Translations under genes and position numbers: made by a program
Shown here: piece after piece, positions 50,715 to 60,622 of the stretch
How positions within the stretch are numbered: the first letter of the stretch is position 1
How the letters are laid out: each line of letters opens with the position of its first letter
NCBI GenBank assembly: GCA_020718085.1
Contig: DYDB01000002.1
Span: 113,161 to 177,160 of the forward strand
Length of the DNA: 64,000 nucleotides
DNA from: Micavibrio sp.
Lineage (GTDB): Bacteria; Patescibacteriota; Minisyncoccia; Moranbacterales; GCA-2747515
Reading direction: 5' to 3'
Notes under the pieces: model-generated
The model's input: only the letters and a program-made list of their open reading frames with translations
Told to the model about the DNA's origin: nothing
Database searches by the model: none

Positions 50715-52880
50715 ATGTCGCACGATGTCGGACAACAGAAGATCATCATTGATGTAGACGAAGAAATTACGACGGTTATTGATCAGTTGCGTTTTGTGCG
50801 TGGTAATGATGTTGGACTTGTTGTACCACAGCGCGCAGTGATCTTACAGAGCGTCATGAATCTCAAGTTATTGGCGCAAGAAGCACAACGTATGCGAAAA
50901 AAGATCGTAATTATCACGCGTGATAATGATGGTATGGTTTTTGCGCAGAGAGCCGGTATCGCAACACAAGCATTTTCTGCGGATGAGGAAACATCTCGCG
51001 CACCTCGCGTTTTTGAAGAGACAAAGAACGTATCACCGATCCAACGAGAAAGAGAGATCATGGACGTTCCTCAGATGCAAAAAATACATAAAAATATTGG
51101 TGCGCAGAGTTTTCTTGCATCGCAACAGCAATCGGCACATTATGTGCAAGGAAATGATCATTATGTTGCACAAAACAGTCGAGAATATGTATCGCAGAAG
51201 AATTATGAGGCCGATGGAATGATAGATCATAAAACATCTCGGCCGACACAGGGTCAATATATGTATCGTCAAGATGGACTACTGCCGCAGCGTACTATTG
51301 CGGCGCAAACACGTCATTCCCAGCAGGTGGTACGTGGTACGGGTTTTGATATTGGAAATAATGGTGCAATACCACAGAAAGTGCGTCAGAGTCAGTCGAC
51401 TTTGGAACAAAGAAGTGCGTTGGCGATGTCTCGAGATATGTTAAATAATGATCATGAACAAAGAGATGACGGTATTGCCCAATATGAAAGAACATTATCC
51501 GAGGCGCGCATTGATCATCTTTCATCACAACAAGCAGTGCGCGATATTCCGCAAAAAGATCAGCCGGATGCACATAAATTATACAATAGTATGCCGTCAC
51601 GTGTGATTGGCACAACGCATACCCGTGACACATCGCGACATATTCCTGTGCATGATGAATCCATACGTTTAAAAACCCATAATACCGGTGATATCACAGC
51701 AGTATCTCCTCGTGCTCGATTTCTAGTAAAGGGTTTATTTTTTGGTGCCGTAACATTGGTTGCAGTGATCATTTTCATTATTATTGCACCAAAAACAGAG
51801 ATCATGATCACACCAAAAAATATTGTCATTAACGATACTGTGGAAATTACTGCACGTGTAGACCAAACTGCAGTTGAAAGTGAGCGACGCATTGTGCCAG
51901 CACGCGTGATTGAGCGCGATATCACGTTTACCAAGAGCTTTTCTGCAACAGGAAAGGGTGATGTAAGTGCGCAAAAAGCACAAGGATCGATCACTATTTA
52001 TAATACATATGATGACAAACCACAGTCACTTGTGGCCAGCACGCGATTTCTTGCGGAAAATGGCATGTTGTTTCGTTTGGTCAAAGCAACGACAATTCCT
52101 GGAATGAAAAATGGTGAACCAGGTAAAGTGGAAGCTTTGGTGATCGCTGATAAAGATGGTGCAGAAGGCAATATTGCACCGACACAATTTTCCATACCCG
52201 GTTTTGATGGAAGTCCGAAGAAGGAGAAGTTCTATGCCATTAGTGAAAAAGCAATGTTGGGTGGTGGTACGGGTGGCAGTGGAGTAGCGCTGGTAAGTGA
52301 AGATGATATTGCGCGTGCGCAAAAAGAAATGGAAACTGAACTAAAACAATATGTTCAAGAACAATTAACCTCCATGATCCGTCCTGAAAGTGAAGTGTTG
52401 CTTCCGGAGGCAATTATATCGGAGATTACGCGATCAGAGCCTAGTGTGAGCGCGCAAACAATGAGCGATCAATTCATGTATGAGATCGTGGCGCACGTGT
52501 ATGCAATGGCCTTTGTTCAGGAAGATGCTACAAATATATTGACGGCAAGTGTGGATATACCAGATAGTGCGAGCGCAAATGATATTGATATGCGCTTATT
52601 GTTCGACAGTGTTCAGATGGATCGTGAGAATGGCATGATGCGGTTTAGTGTGCATGGTAATGCAGAATTGGTGGCAATAGTTGTGATAGATGATTTTAAA
52701 AAAGATATTGTGGGGAAAAAACATGATGATCTTCGTGCCTTGATCGAAAACCGATATAGAAACACGATCGAAAAGATCACGATCGAGAGCGTTTTCCCGC
52801 AAAAACCAAGCTTTTTAGGAGAAAAGATCTCTCGATTTGAATTTATGACACATGTATCTGTCAGTGATCCTGAAAGATGA
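50715..52880 (+). CDS. membrane-anchored protein with baseplate-J-like extracytoplasmic region
   Basis: DEEITTVID N-domain, low-complexity linker, one TM, AQGSITIYN and ADKDGAEGNI motifs. Confidence 0.7.
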   Translation: MSHDVGQQKIIIDVDEEITTVIDQLRFVRGNDVGLVVPQRAVILQSVMNLKLLAQEAQRMRKKIVIITRDNDGMVFAQRAGIATQAFSADEETSRAPRVFEETKNVSPIQREREIMDVPQMQKIHKNIGAQSFLASQQQSAHYVQGNDHYVAQNSREYVSQKNYEADGMIDHKTSRPTQGQYMYRQDGLLPQRTIAAQTRHSQQVVRGTGFDIGNNGAIPQKVRQSQSTLEQRSALAMSRDMLNNDHEQRDDGIAQYERTLSEARIDHLSSQQAVRDIPQKDQPDAHKLYNSMPSRVIGTTHTRDTSRHIPVHDESIRLKTHNTGDITAVSPRARFLVKGLFFGAVTLVAVIIFIIIAPKTEIMITPKNIVINDTVEITARVDQTAVESERRIVPARVIERDITFTKSFSATGKGDVSAQKAQGSITIYNTYDDKPQSLVASTRFLAENGMLFRLVKATTIPGMKNGEPGKVEALVIADKDGAEGNIAPTQFSIPGFDGSPKKEKFYAISEKAMLGGGTGGSGVALVSEDDIARAQKEMETELKQYVQEQLTSMIRPESEVLLPEAIISEITRSEPSVSAQTMSDQFMYEIVAHVYAMAFVQEDATNILTASVDIPDSASANDIDMRLLFDSVQMDRENGMMRFSVHGNAELVAIVVIDDFKKDIVGKKHDDLRALIENRYRNTIEKITIESVFPQKPSFLGEKISRFEFMTHVSVSDPER

Positions 52881-53092
52881 AGATGAGCAAAACTAATGCA
52901 AAAAGCAACGCTCTTGACAATTTTTGAATGTTTGGTAGTATGGATACTACATGTTCGAGAAAATATTATACCAATAAGCACGAAGAGGTTTTCCAGTTGT
53001 ATATTGTCAGGATCTAGGAATGAGATTGTGCGGAAATAATACCCTCTTGTTTTTTGTTGTTATAAATATTTTTAGAATATATCACGTAAAAT

Positions 53093-53308
53093 ATGGCAAA
53101 AAAGGATACGATCAAATTGGAAGGAATAATCACTGAAACGTTACCGAGTACAACATTTCGTGTTACATTGGATAACGGACATGAAGTATTGGCGCACATA
53201 TCAGGTCGCATGCGTGTGCATTACATTCGTTTGCTTCCAGGGGATCGTGTTTTGGTGGAGATGAGTCCATATGATCTTACAAAAGGTCGTATCACTCAAA
53301 GACTGTAA
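53093..53308 (+). CDS. infA: translation initiation factor IF-1
   Basis: [19 protein letters not shown]. Confidence 0.98.
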   Translation: MAKKDTIKLEGIITETLPSTTFRVTLDNGHEVLAHISGRMRVHYIRLLPGDRVLVEMSPYDLTKGRITQRL

Positions 53309-53327
53309 ATTTGTAACGTTTGAAAAG

Positions 53328-53441
53328 ATGAAGGTTCGTGCATCAGCAAAGAAAATTTGTAAACAATGTAAGGTCGTTCGTCGTCGCGGGCGTGTGTATG
53401 TTATTTGTGTCAATCCAAAACACAAACAGCGACAAGGGTAA
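53328..53441 (+). CDS. rpmJ: 50S ribosomal protein L36, not in the ORF track
   Basis: [37 protein letters not shown]. Confidence 0.98.
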   Translation: MKVRASAKKICKQCKVVRRRGRVYVICVNPKHKQRQG

Positions 53442-53465
53442 TTTTTAGAAGGTATTTTTATCAAT

Positions 53466-53855
53466 ATGATTCGTATTGCAGGTGTAAACATTCCAGATGA
53501 AAAGTGTATCGATATCTCGTTAACCTATGTTTTTGGCATTGGGATTGCAACAAGTAGAAAAATTCTTGCTGAACTTGGTATTGATCCGACAACGAGAACA
53601 AAGGATATTTCTGAAGCGGATTCGAATAAATTGCGTGATGTGATTGAAAATCAGTACAGTGTTGAAGGAGAGTTGCGTCATGAGCGAAAAATGAATGTTC
53701 GTCGTCTCAAAGAAATTAACTGTTATCGTGGTACGCGACATCAACGAGGTTTGCCTGTTCGCGGACAACGTACAAAAACAAACAATCGTACGGTACGCGG
53801 CAATAAACGTGTGACTATGGGAAGTGGACGAGCTTCTGCAGCGTCTAAGACGTAG
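53466..53855 (+). CDS. rpsM: 30S ribosomal protein S13
   Basis: RIAGVNIP, GLPVRGQRTKTN. Confidence 0.98.
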   Translation: MIRIAGVNIPDEKCIDISLTYVFGIGIATSRKILAELGIDPTTRTKDISEADSNKLRDVIENQYSVEGELRHERKMNVRRLKEINCYRGTRHQRGLPVRGQRTKTNNRTVRGNKRVTMGSGRASAASKT

Positions 53856-53911
53856 GAATCAAATTTATATTTGATATTTTTCTCAACAACTAAGATTTTA
53901 TATACAGAGTC

Positions 53912-54367
53912 ATGAGCGATGAAATGATTACAAAAAAAGACGAGCAAACAACAGAAGCACCAGCTAAAGGTGTTGACGCACCTGTAGCAGCAGTTAGTCG
54001 TAAAAAAAGTGGTGTACGACAAATTCGCAAAGGGCAAGCACATATTCAATCCACATATAATAATACAATTATTACTGTGACCGATTTGAATGGTGCTGTT
54101 CTAGGATGGTCAAGTGCAGGATCTTTGGGGTTTAAGGGTGCAAAAAAATCAACCCCATATGCAGCCTCTCAAATTGTCAACGCTGTTGTGGAAAAAATAC
54201 AGAAAAATAATGTGAAGGAGTTGCAGATTTTTGTAAAAGGCGTTGGTGGAGGTCGCGATGCTGCAATTCGCGCTTTTGCTGCAAAGGGATTTGAACTTTC
54301 TCTCATTAAAGATTTGACGCCAGTTGCGCACAATGGTAATCGTCGTCGCAAACCACGTCGCGTGTAG
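53912..54367 (+). CDS. rpsK: 30S ribosomal protein S11
   Basis: STYNNTI, KKSTPYAA. Confidence 0.98.
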   Translation: MSDEMITKKDEQTTEAPAKGVDAPVAAVSRKKSGVRQIRKGQAHIQSTYNNTIITVTDLNGAVLGWSSAGSLGFKGAKKSTPYAASQIVNAVVEKIQKNNVKELQIFVKGVGGGRDAAIRAFAAKGFELSLIKDLTPVAHNGNRRRKPRRV

Positions 54368-54405
54368 TTTATATAAATGTATTAATTTAAGCAGTATACA
54401 AGAAT

Positions 54406-55026
54406 ATGGCCCGATATAGAGGATCAAAAGCGAAGATTTGTCGTCGATTTGGCGAGAATATTTATGGATCAGAAAAATATGATCGTATTTTGGCGCGAAA
54501 AAATTATGCACCTGGCGTGCATGGAAAAAGTTTTTCTCGTACAAAAAGTGAGTTTGGACGACAACTTCTTATGAAGCAGAAGGCAAAACATATTTATGGT
54601 ATATTGGAAAAACAATTTCGCAAACATTATGAAGATGTAAAAAATCGTCCTGGTGTTACTGGTGATCTTTTACTTGCACGATTGGAACAGCGTCTTGACA
54701 ATGTAATCTATCGACTTGGATTTGCAAATACACGACCGCAAGCACGTCAGGTTGTTAATCATGCGATGATCTATGTAAACGGAAAGAAAATGTCAATTCC
54801 TTCATATGAAGTGAAGGTGGGTGATGAGATCATGATTAATCCAACGAAGAAAGACAATGGTTATTTCAAAAATCAAGAGCAATACATTACGAACAAAAAG
54901 AATGTACCAGGATGGCTTTCTTTGGATGCAAAGGGCATGACAGGAAAAGTTGTGGCGTTGCCGAAGCGTGATGATTTTGATGCAAATATCAATGCGCAGA
55001 TCATTGTTGAATTTTATTCTAAATAA
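54406..55026 (+). CDS. rpsD: 30S ribosomal protein S4
   Basis: MARYRG, LEQRLDNVIYRLG, IVEFYSK. Confidence 0.98.
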   Translation: MARYRGSKAKICRRFGENIYGSEKYDRILARKNYAPGVHGKSFSRTKSEFGRQLLMKQKAKHIYGILEKQFRKHYEDVKNRPGVTGDLLLARLEQRLDNVIYRLGFANTRPQARQVVNHAMIYVNGKKMSIPSYEVKVGDEIMINPTKKDNGYFKNQEQYITNKKNVPGWLSLDAKGMTGKVVALPKRDDFDANINAQIIVEFYSK

Positions 55027-55058
55027 TCTCTTTTTTATTAACTTGCTAAATAAAAAGT

Positions 55059-55766
55059 ATGTCAATCATTTCAGTACCACAAGCATCACAATATACTGAA
55101 GGTAAAAACAATACCGGTACGATCGAGATTCCAGCCTGTTTTCCTGGTTATGGTACAACGCTCGGTAATGCGATTCGACGTGTGTTGTTATCTTCCATTG
55201 AAGGTGCTGCGATCACATCTGTGAAGATTAAAGGTGTGTCTCATGAATTTTCTGCGATTGATGGTGTGTTGGAGGATGTTGTGCAGATCATTTTAAATCT
55301 CAAGCAAGTGCGATTTCACATGCATGGCGATGAAAAAATGACGGCAACACTTAAGACAAAGGGTGAGGGTGTGGTTACGGCAGAGGATATTGATGTGTCA
55401 ACGGGCCTTGAGATCGTTGATGGCTCACAACACATTGCAACACTTACAGATAAAAAGGCAAGTTTGGAGATTGAATTCACAATCGAAAAAGGCATTGGTT
55501 ATGTTCCGTCAGATCAGCATACTGCAGAAGAGCGTGAGGTTGGTGCAATTATGATCGATGCTGTATATACACCAGTGAAGCGTGTGAATTACAATGTGGA
55601 AAATATGCGCGTCGGTAAGCGGACAGATTATGAAAAAGTGACTTTGGAGATCGTGACAGATGGAAGTATCACTCCGCAAGAAGCGTTTGATAATGCTGTT
55701 GATATTTTGGTTGAGCAGTTCAGTGTTTTGTCTTCAGGCAATACTCAGACGGCAATCGAAGAATAA
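55059..55766 (+). CDS. rpoA: RNA polymerase alpha subunit, N-terminal domain only
   Basis: GYGTTLGNAIRRVLLSS, TDGSITP; 235 aa. Confidence 0.95.
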   Translation: MSIISVPQASQYTEGKNNTGTIEIPACFPGYGTTLGNAIRRVLLSSIEGAAITSVKIKGVSHEFSAIDGVLEDVVQIILNLKQVRFHMHGDEKMTATLKTKGEGVVTAEDIDVSTGLEIVDGSQHIATLTDKKASLEIEFTIEKGIGYVPSDQHTAEEREVGAIMIDAVYTPVKRVNYNVENMRVGKRTDYEKVTLEIVTDGSITPQEAFDNAVDILVEQFSVLSSGNTQTAIEE

Positions 55767-55784
55767 ATAAGTAATTTTAGAGTC

Positions 55785-56207
55785 ATGAAACACCGAAAAA
55801 CTGGAAGACAATTTGGACGCGTACGCTCGCAACGAAAAGCGTTGATGTACTCACTTTTGAGTAGCTTGTTGATCCATGGTCGTATCGAAACGACTGAAGC
55901 AAAGGCCAAAGAAACGAAAGATGCGATTGATAAGATCATCACAAAGGCAAAACGAGCACAAGGTTCTCGTATGGAAATTGCACGTAAACTGCAAAATGAA
56001 GTTTCAGAAGATGCGGTTGCAGTACTTATGGACAGTATGGAAAAATTTGATGCGCGTGTGAGCGGGTACTCTCGTGTGATCAAACTTATACCTCGTAAAA
56101 GTGATGGCTCCAGTATGGCGGTGATCGAGTTGGTGGATTTTGTCAAAAAACCAGCACAAAAAAAGGTAGAGGTGGCAGAAAAGGTGAAGACTGAGACTGC
56201 TAAATAA
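55785..56207 (+). CDS. rplQ: 50S ribosomal protein L17
   Basis: MKHRKTGR, IETTEAKAKE. Confidence 0.98.
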   Translation: MKHRKTGRQFGRVRSQRKALMYSLLSSLLIHGRIETTEAKAKETKDAIDKIITKAKRAQGSRMEIARKLQNEVSEDAVAVLMDSMEKFDARVSGYSRVIKLIPRKSDGSSMAVIELVDFVKKPAQKKVEVAEKVKTETAK

Positions 56208-56230
56208 ATTGTAACGATTGATTCAAAAAC

Positions 56231-56620
56231 ATGGAACGACAATATCATTTATTTGACGCGAATAATAAAGTGCTTGGACGATTATCAACGGAGATCGCAC
56301 GTGTTTTGATGGGTAAAGATAGAGTTGATTATGCACCACATATCGATGGTGGAGATGCTGTTGTCGTAATCAATGCACAGAAGATCAAATTGACAGGTAC
56401 AAAAGATCAGAATAAAAAATATTATGATTTCTCAGGATACTCCAGTGGGATCAGAGAAATAACAGCTGGTGAATTGCGTAAAAAAGATGCTGCAGAGATC
56501 ATTCGTCGATCTGTAAAAGGTATGCTGCCAAAAAATAAATTGAGCAGTCAGATGCAAAAGAGATTGTTTGTTTATAATGATGGTGAATATTCTGAGAAGA
56601 TTGATATTACTCATGAATAA
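56231..56620 (+). CDS. rplM: 50S ribosomal protein L13
   Basis: LGRLST, VKGMLPKN. Confidence 0.97.
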   Translation: MERQYHLFDANNKVLGRLSTEIARVLMGKDRVDYAPHIDGGDAVVVINAQKIKLTGTKDQNKKYYDFSGYSSGIREITAGELRKKDAAEIIRRSVKGMLPKNKLSSQMQKRLFVYNDGEYSEKIDITHE

Positions 56621-56662
56621 ACGCATTTTCGTGTGCGATCGTAATTTTTCGAAATAACATTT

Positions 56663-57112
56663 ATGGTGACAAAGAAGCAAGTAAAAGAAGTGAAGAATAT
56701 ATTTTTTGATGGTGTATATCATTTTGCTGTGGGTCGCAGAAAAGCTGCAGTTGCACAAGTTCGTGTGTATTGTGATAAAAAAGGTGTTGACAATCAGGGT
56801 TTGATCGTCAATGGAAAGGTCTTTGATGAGTATTTTATGACAAATGCGCAAAAAGAAGCTTTTATGGGTGCGCTTAGAACTACAGGTTTGCAGGATACAT
56901 GTGCAGTTTCTGTTTTGGTAAAGGGTGGTGGTCTTTCTGGACAAGCGGAGGCTGTTCGTCTGGGTATTTCTCGCGCGTTGGTTAAATTTGATGAAACATT
57001 GCGTCCAGCATTGAAATCAGAAGGATTTTTGACGCGTGATGCGCGTGTTGTTGAACGCAAGAAGCCAGGGCTTCGTAAAGCACGTCGTTCACCGCAGTGG
57101 AGCAAGCGTTAA
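56663..57112 (+). CDS. rpsI: 30S ribosomal protein S9
   Basis: GRRK, ERKKPGLRKARRSPQWSKR. Confidence 0.98.
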   Translation: MVTKKQVKEVKNIFFDGVYHFAVGRRKAAVAQVRVYCDKKGVDNQGLIVNGKVFDEYFMTNAQKEAFMGALRTTGLQDTCAVSVLVKGGGLSGQAEAVRLGISRALVKFDETLRPALKSEGFLTRDARVVERKKPGLRKARRSPQWSKR

Positions 57113-57141
57113 TCCCATTCTTTTTTTGAGATACTTTTTTG

Positions 57142-57168
57142 AAAAACCCACTAGTGAAGTGGGTTTTT
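57142..57168 (+). terminator. intrinsic terminator
   Basis: AAAAACCCACT-AGTGA-AGTGGGTTTTT. Confidence 0.85.
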
Positions 57169-57241
57169 GTTTATTGTATGATCTTTGACTTTTTTTCGTT
57201 TCTGTAGTAGCATGGTATAAGAATTATTTAAGAATGATTAC

Positions 57242-57460
57242 ATGAAAGCATTATTGATTGTACAGGCCGTGGTCTCTGCTTTACTGGTTGTTGCGATTCT
57301 CATGCAAAACAAAGGGGAAGGTTTGGGTGTAATTGCCGGTGATTTTAGTGGTTCATATCATACAAAAAGAGGTTTTGAAAAATTCTTGGTTCGTTCGACA
57401 GTTGTGTTGGCAGTTGCATTTTTGGGTATTGCACTAGTTACCATTACGGTTGGTGCATGA
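57242..57460 (+). CDS. secG: preprotein translocase subunit SecG
   Basis: ILMQNKGEGLG, TKRGFEKFL; two TM segments. Confidence 0.9.
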   Translation: MKALLIVQAVVSALLVVAILMQNKGEGLGVIAGDFSGSYHTKRGFEKFLVRSTVVLAVAFLGIALVTITVGA

Positions 57461-57570
57461 TGCGCTTCGATGATGTCGTTTCTAATCTGTAAGATCTGTT
57501 TATAAAAGCCTTTTCTTTTCTCACAATTTTATCACCACGATATTTATTTCATCTAACCAAGGATTTTTCT

Positions 57571-59217
57571 TTGCGTAATAAAATGATCATCGTATTTCTT
57601 CTCGCAGTGATCATAGGTGGTTTTGTGTGGTGGAGCATCGTACTCTATCGATATTTTACTGTGCCTGTGCCAACTTATGGCGGTCATTATATTGAGGCAC
57701 TTGTTGGGCAGCCGCGTTACATTAATCCATTACTTGCACATTCGTCATCGACAGATCGTAGTATGACACAATTGATCTTTAGCAGACTTTTTGATTATGA
57801 CGAAAGTGGTGTGTTGCAGCCAGAGCTTGTGGAATGGTTTGAGATAAGCGATGATGCAAAAGAATACACGCTTCATTTGCGACAAAATGTGCAATGGCAT
57901 GATGATGTGCCATTTACTGCTGATGACGTGATCTATACAACCGGTGTGATGCAGGATATCGCGTATGGTGCTGTAGGTGTAAGCAATGAAATGCGACTTT
58001 TATGGCAGGACGTTCGCGTGGAAAAAATTGATGAATATACAATAAAGCTTGTACTTACAGAGCCGAACAGCATGTTCGTACACAACTTAAATATTGGTAT
58101 ATTACCAAAACATGTATGGGAGAATATTAGTCCGGAACAATTTCAACTTTCAGAGCTCAATCAAAAACCGATTGGTACGGGTCCGTATGAAGTTGTGAAT
58201 TTTGATATTAATGACAGTGGTATTTCCTCCTATATTTTACGGGCCAATAGATCATACTTCGATGGTGAACCATATATCACGAGATTGACGATCAATTTTT
58301 ATGCAACACGAGATGAAGCAGTAATCGCATATCACGATGGTAAGGCATCTGGTGTGGTGGTGGATAAAAAAGAACATGTTGATCTCTTGGGAAGTATTGC
58401 AAAGAAAGAATCTATTGAACTCCCGCATTATTTTGCAGTGTTCTTCAATCAGACCAAAAGTGTGCCACTTGCATATGATGAGGTGCGCGAGGCATTATCG
58501 CGAGCAACTGATCGGAGATCGATCATTGCAGATGTTTTTGGAGAGGATGCAAGTGAGCGATATTCACCGTTCGCAGAAGGTGTTGTAGGGTATAGCGGTG
58601 AAAAACAACAGACGGGATTTGATCGTGAAGGTGCTAACGTTCTTTTGGAAGAAAAAGGATGGAAAAAAGGTGATGATGGTGTACGTGTGAAAGATGGAGA
58701 TCGCTTAGTGATCGCATTACACATTAGTGCAAATCAGCCTCAGTCATATCGCACAGCAGAGCTTTTGAAGGAGCAGTGGAAGGAAATCGGTGCAGAATTG
58801 AATATTCAAGAGCATGAAAAAGATGACCTGGAAAGAAATATCATCCAACCGCGTGATTATGACGCAATTCTTTATGCACATCAAATGCGTTTTGAACCGG
58901 ATCTTTTACCCTTGTGGCATTCACGTGAAAAAAATGATCCCGGTATGAATTATGCACTTTTTGCAGATAAAGATATGGATGATGCATTGGATGATTTTAT
59001 CAAAACAAAAAATCAGGATGAACAGAAAGAATATTATACGAAACAGCAGGAAGTGTTGCAAAAAGAAGTGCCAGCAATATTTCTCTTTGCACCTCGTGTA
59101 TCATTTATGCATAGTGATAAAATAAAAGGTGTTGATATACGGCGTGTCAATGCATCATTCGATCGTTATACAAATGTGCATAAGTGGTTTATTAAAGAAA
59201 AAAGAATAAAAAAGTAA
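57571..59217 (+). CDS. peptide ABC transporter substrate-binding protein (family 5); start uncertain
   Basis: PRYINPLL, WHDDVPFTADDV, PIGTGPY. Confidence 0.9.
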   Translation: MRNKMIIVFLLAVIIGGFVWWSIVLYRYFTVPVPTYGGHYIEALVGQPRYINPLLAHSSSTDRSMTQLIFSRLFDYDESGVLQPELVEWFEISDDAKEYTLHLRQNVQWHDDVPFTADDVIYTTGVMQDIAYGAVGVSNEMRLLWQDVRVEKIDEYTIKLVLTEPNSMFVHNLNIGILPKHVWENISPEQFQLSELNQKPIGTGPYEVVNFDINDSGISSYILRANRSYFDGEPYITRLTINFYATRDEAVIAYHDGKASGVVVDKKEHVDLLGSIAKKESIELPHYFAVFFNQTKSVPLAYDEVREALSRATDRRSIIADVFGEDASERYSPFAEGVVGYSGEKQQTGFDREGANVLLEEKGWKKGDDGVRVKDGDRLVIALHISANQPQSYRTAELLKEQWKEIGAELNIQEHEKDDLERNIIQPRDYDAILYAHQMRFEPDLLPLWHSREKNDPGMNYALFADKDMDDALDDFIKTKNQDEQKEYYTKQQEVLQKEVPAIFLFAPRVSFMHSDKIKGVDIRRVNASFDRYTNVHKWFIKEKRIKK

Positions 59218-59227
59218 AAGATAAAAT

Positions 59228-60259
59228 ATGAAGAAAAAAAATATGAGCATTGATAAAAGTGATCTTCGTCGTGTTATTTTATTGAGTGCTGACCAGTTTG
59301 CTGAAGGTAGTGCAATCGCAAAAGATGTTGTTATTTCAAAGAAGTTTTCTTCCATTGTGATCTCCGGCATGGGTGGCAGTGCTTTGCCTGCGAATGTTCT
59401 GCGTACATATATAAACCACTTTTTCAATCGTCATGTGGAATACGAAAGAATTTCTGTGTTTCAAAACCGGTATTATAAACTACCTCCGGAAGCATACAAA
59501 AACTGTTTGAATATCATCTGTTCACATTCTGGTAATACAGAGGAAACAGTTGCATCTTTTGAAGAAGCCCTAAAGAATAAGTTGCCGTGTGTAGGAATTT
59601 CTGCAGGTGGAAAGATCGAAAAGATGTGTGAAAAGCACGGTGTGCCACATGTGAAGTTGCCGATACCATTTGAAAATTTTCAGCCACGGATGGCTACGGG
59701 TTATTTTGTGGCTGTAATTGTACAACTGATGGTAAACGCAGGTAAATTGCCAAAGAGATCAGTTGCATTCAAGTCAATCGCAGAAAAATTACGCAAGGAA
59801 ATTGTGCGCACAGAGAAGCAGGGGCAAAAAATTGCAGATCGTTTGGTTGGTAAAACGCCAATTGTTTATGCTTCTACAAAATTCAAGTCGTTAGCGATGA
59901 TCTGGAAGATCAAGATCAATGAGCATGCAAAAACGCCGGCGTTTTGGAATTATTTCCCAGAATTAAATCATAATGAATTTGTGGGCTTTACAAATCCGCA
60001 GACAAAGTACTATGTGCTCATGCTTCGTGATCAACAAGATCATCCGCGAAATTTATTACGTTACGATGTAACTGCACAGTGTCTGGAAGAGAAGGGCGTG
60101 GAAACGGAGATCATTGATATGCCGGAAGGTGATCTGTTGTTTCGTATCTTTGCAACACTTGCTTTGGGAGATTGGATCGCTTATTATTTGGCATTGGCAT
60201 ATGGTCAGGATCCCACACCTGTAGACATGGTGGAGGACCTAAAAAAATCCTTAGGTTAA
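59228..60259 (+). CDS. bifunctional phosphoglucose/phosphomannose isomerase
   Basis: GMGGS, SGNTEET, PELNHNE, DPTPV. Confidence 0.9.
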   Translation: MKKKNMSIDKSDLRRVILLSADQFAEGSAIAKDVVISKKFSSIVISGMGGSALPANVLRTYINHFFNRHVEYERISVFQNRYYKLPPEAYKNCLNIICSHSGNTEETVASFEEALKNKLPCVGISAGGKIEKMCEKHGVPHVKLPIPFENFQPRMATGYFVAVIVQLMVNAGKLPKRSVAFKSIAEKLRKEIVRTEKQGQKIADRLVGKTPIVYASTKFKSLAMIWKIKINEHAKTPAFWNYFPELNHNEFVGFTNPQTKYYVLMLRDQQDHPRNLLRYDVTAQCLEEKGVETEIIDMPEGDLLFRIFATLALGDWIAYYLALAYGQDPTPVDMVEDLKKSLG

Positions 60260-60265
60260 AGGGCC

Positions 60266-60294
60266 TTGCATTTATTTGTAAAACATGCTATAGT
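60266..60294 (+). promoter_or_regulatory. sigma70-type promoter upstream of the rnj leader
   Basis: TTGCAT-17-TATAGT with extended -10 TG. Confidence 0.65.
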
Positions 60295-60622
60295 GAAAGA
60301 CTGAATTACTACTTGCAACCATGATGCATGCTTTCATGGTTGGTAAAAAGCATTTTTCTTTGTACGTGGAAATAGACCTTTTTATGAAATAACCATACAG
60401 CCAGTGTAGTTTTTTGGTTTTATAGTTGAGGACTTACACGTTTGACGCATTTTTTTGTCAAACGTCGTGATGCTCGATGTCGTATGTTTACGTACGACTT
60501 ACTCCTGCATCCAAATGCGTAAGTTCTGATATAGTAACATTCAATTAAATTAATAATCAATTTTTTGATGTAACCGAAACTTTTTTTGGAATACATCAAA
60601 GAAACTTTATAAAAAAATTCAT

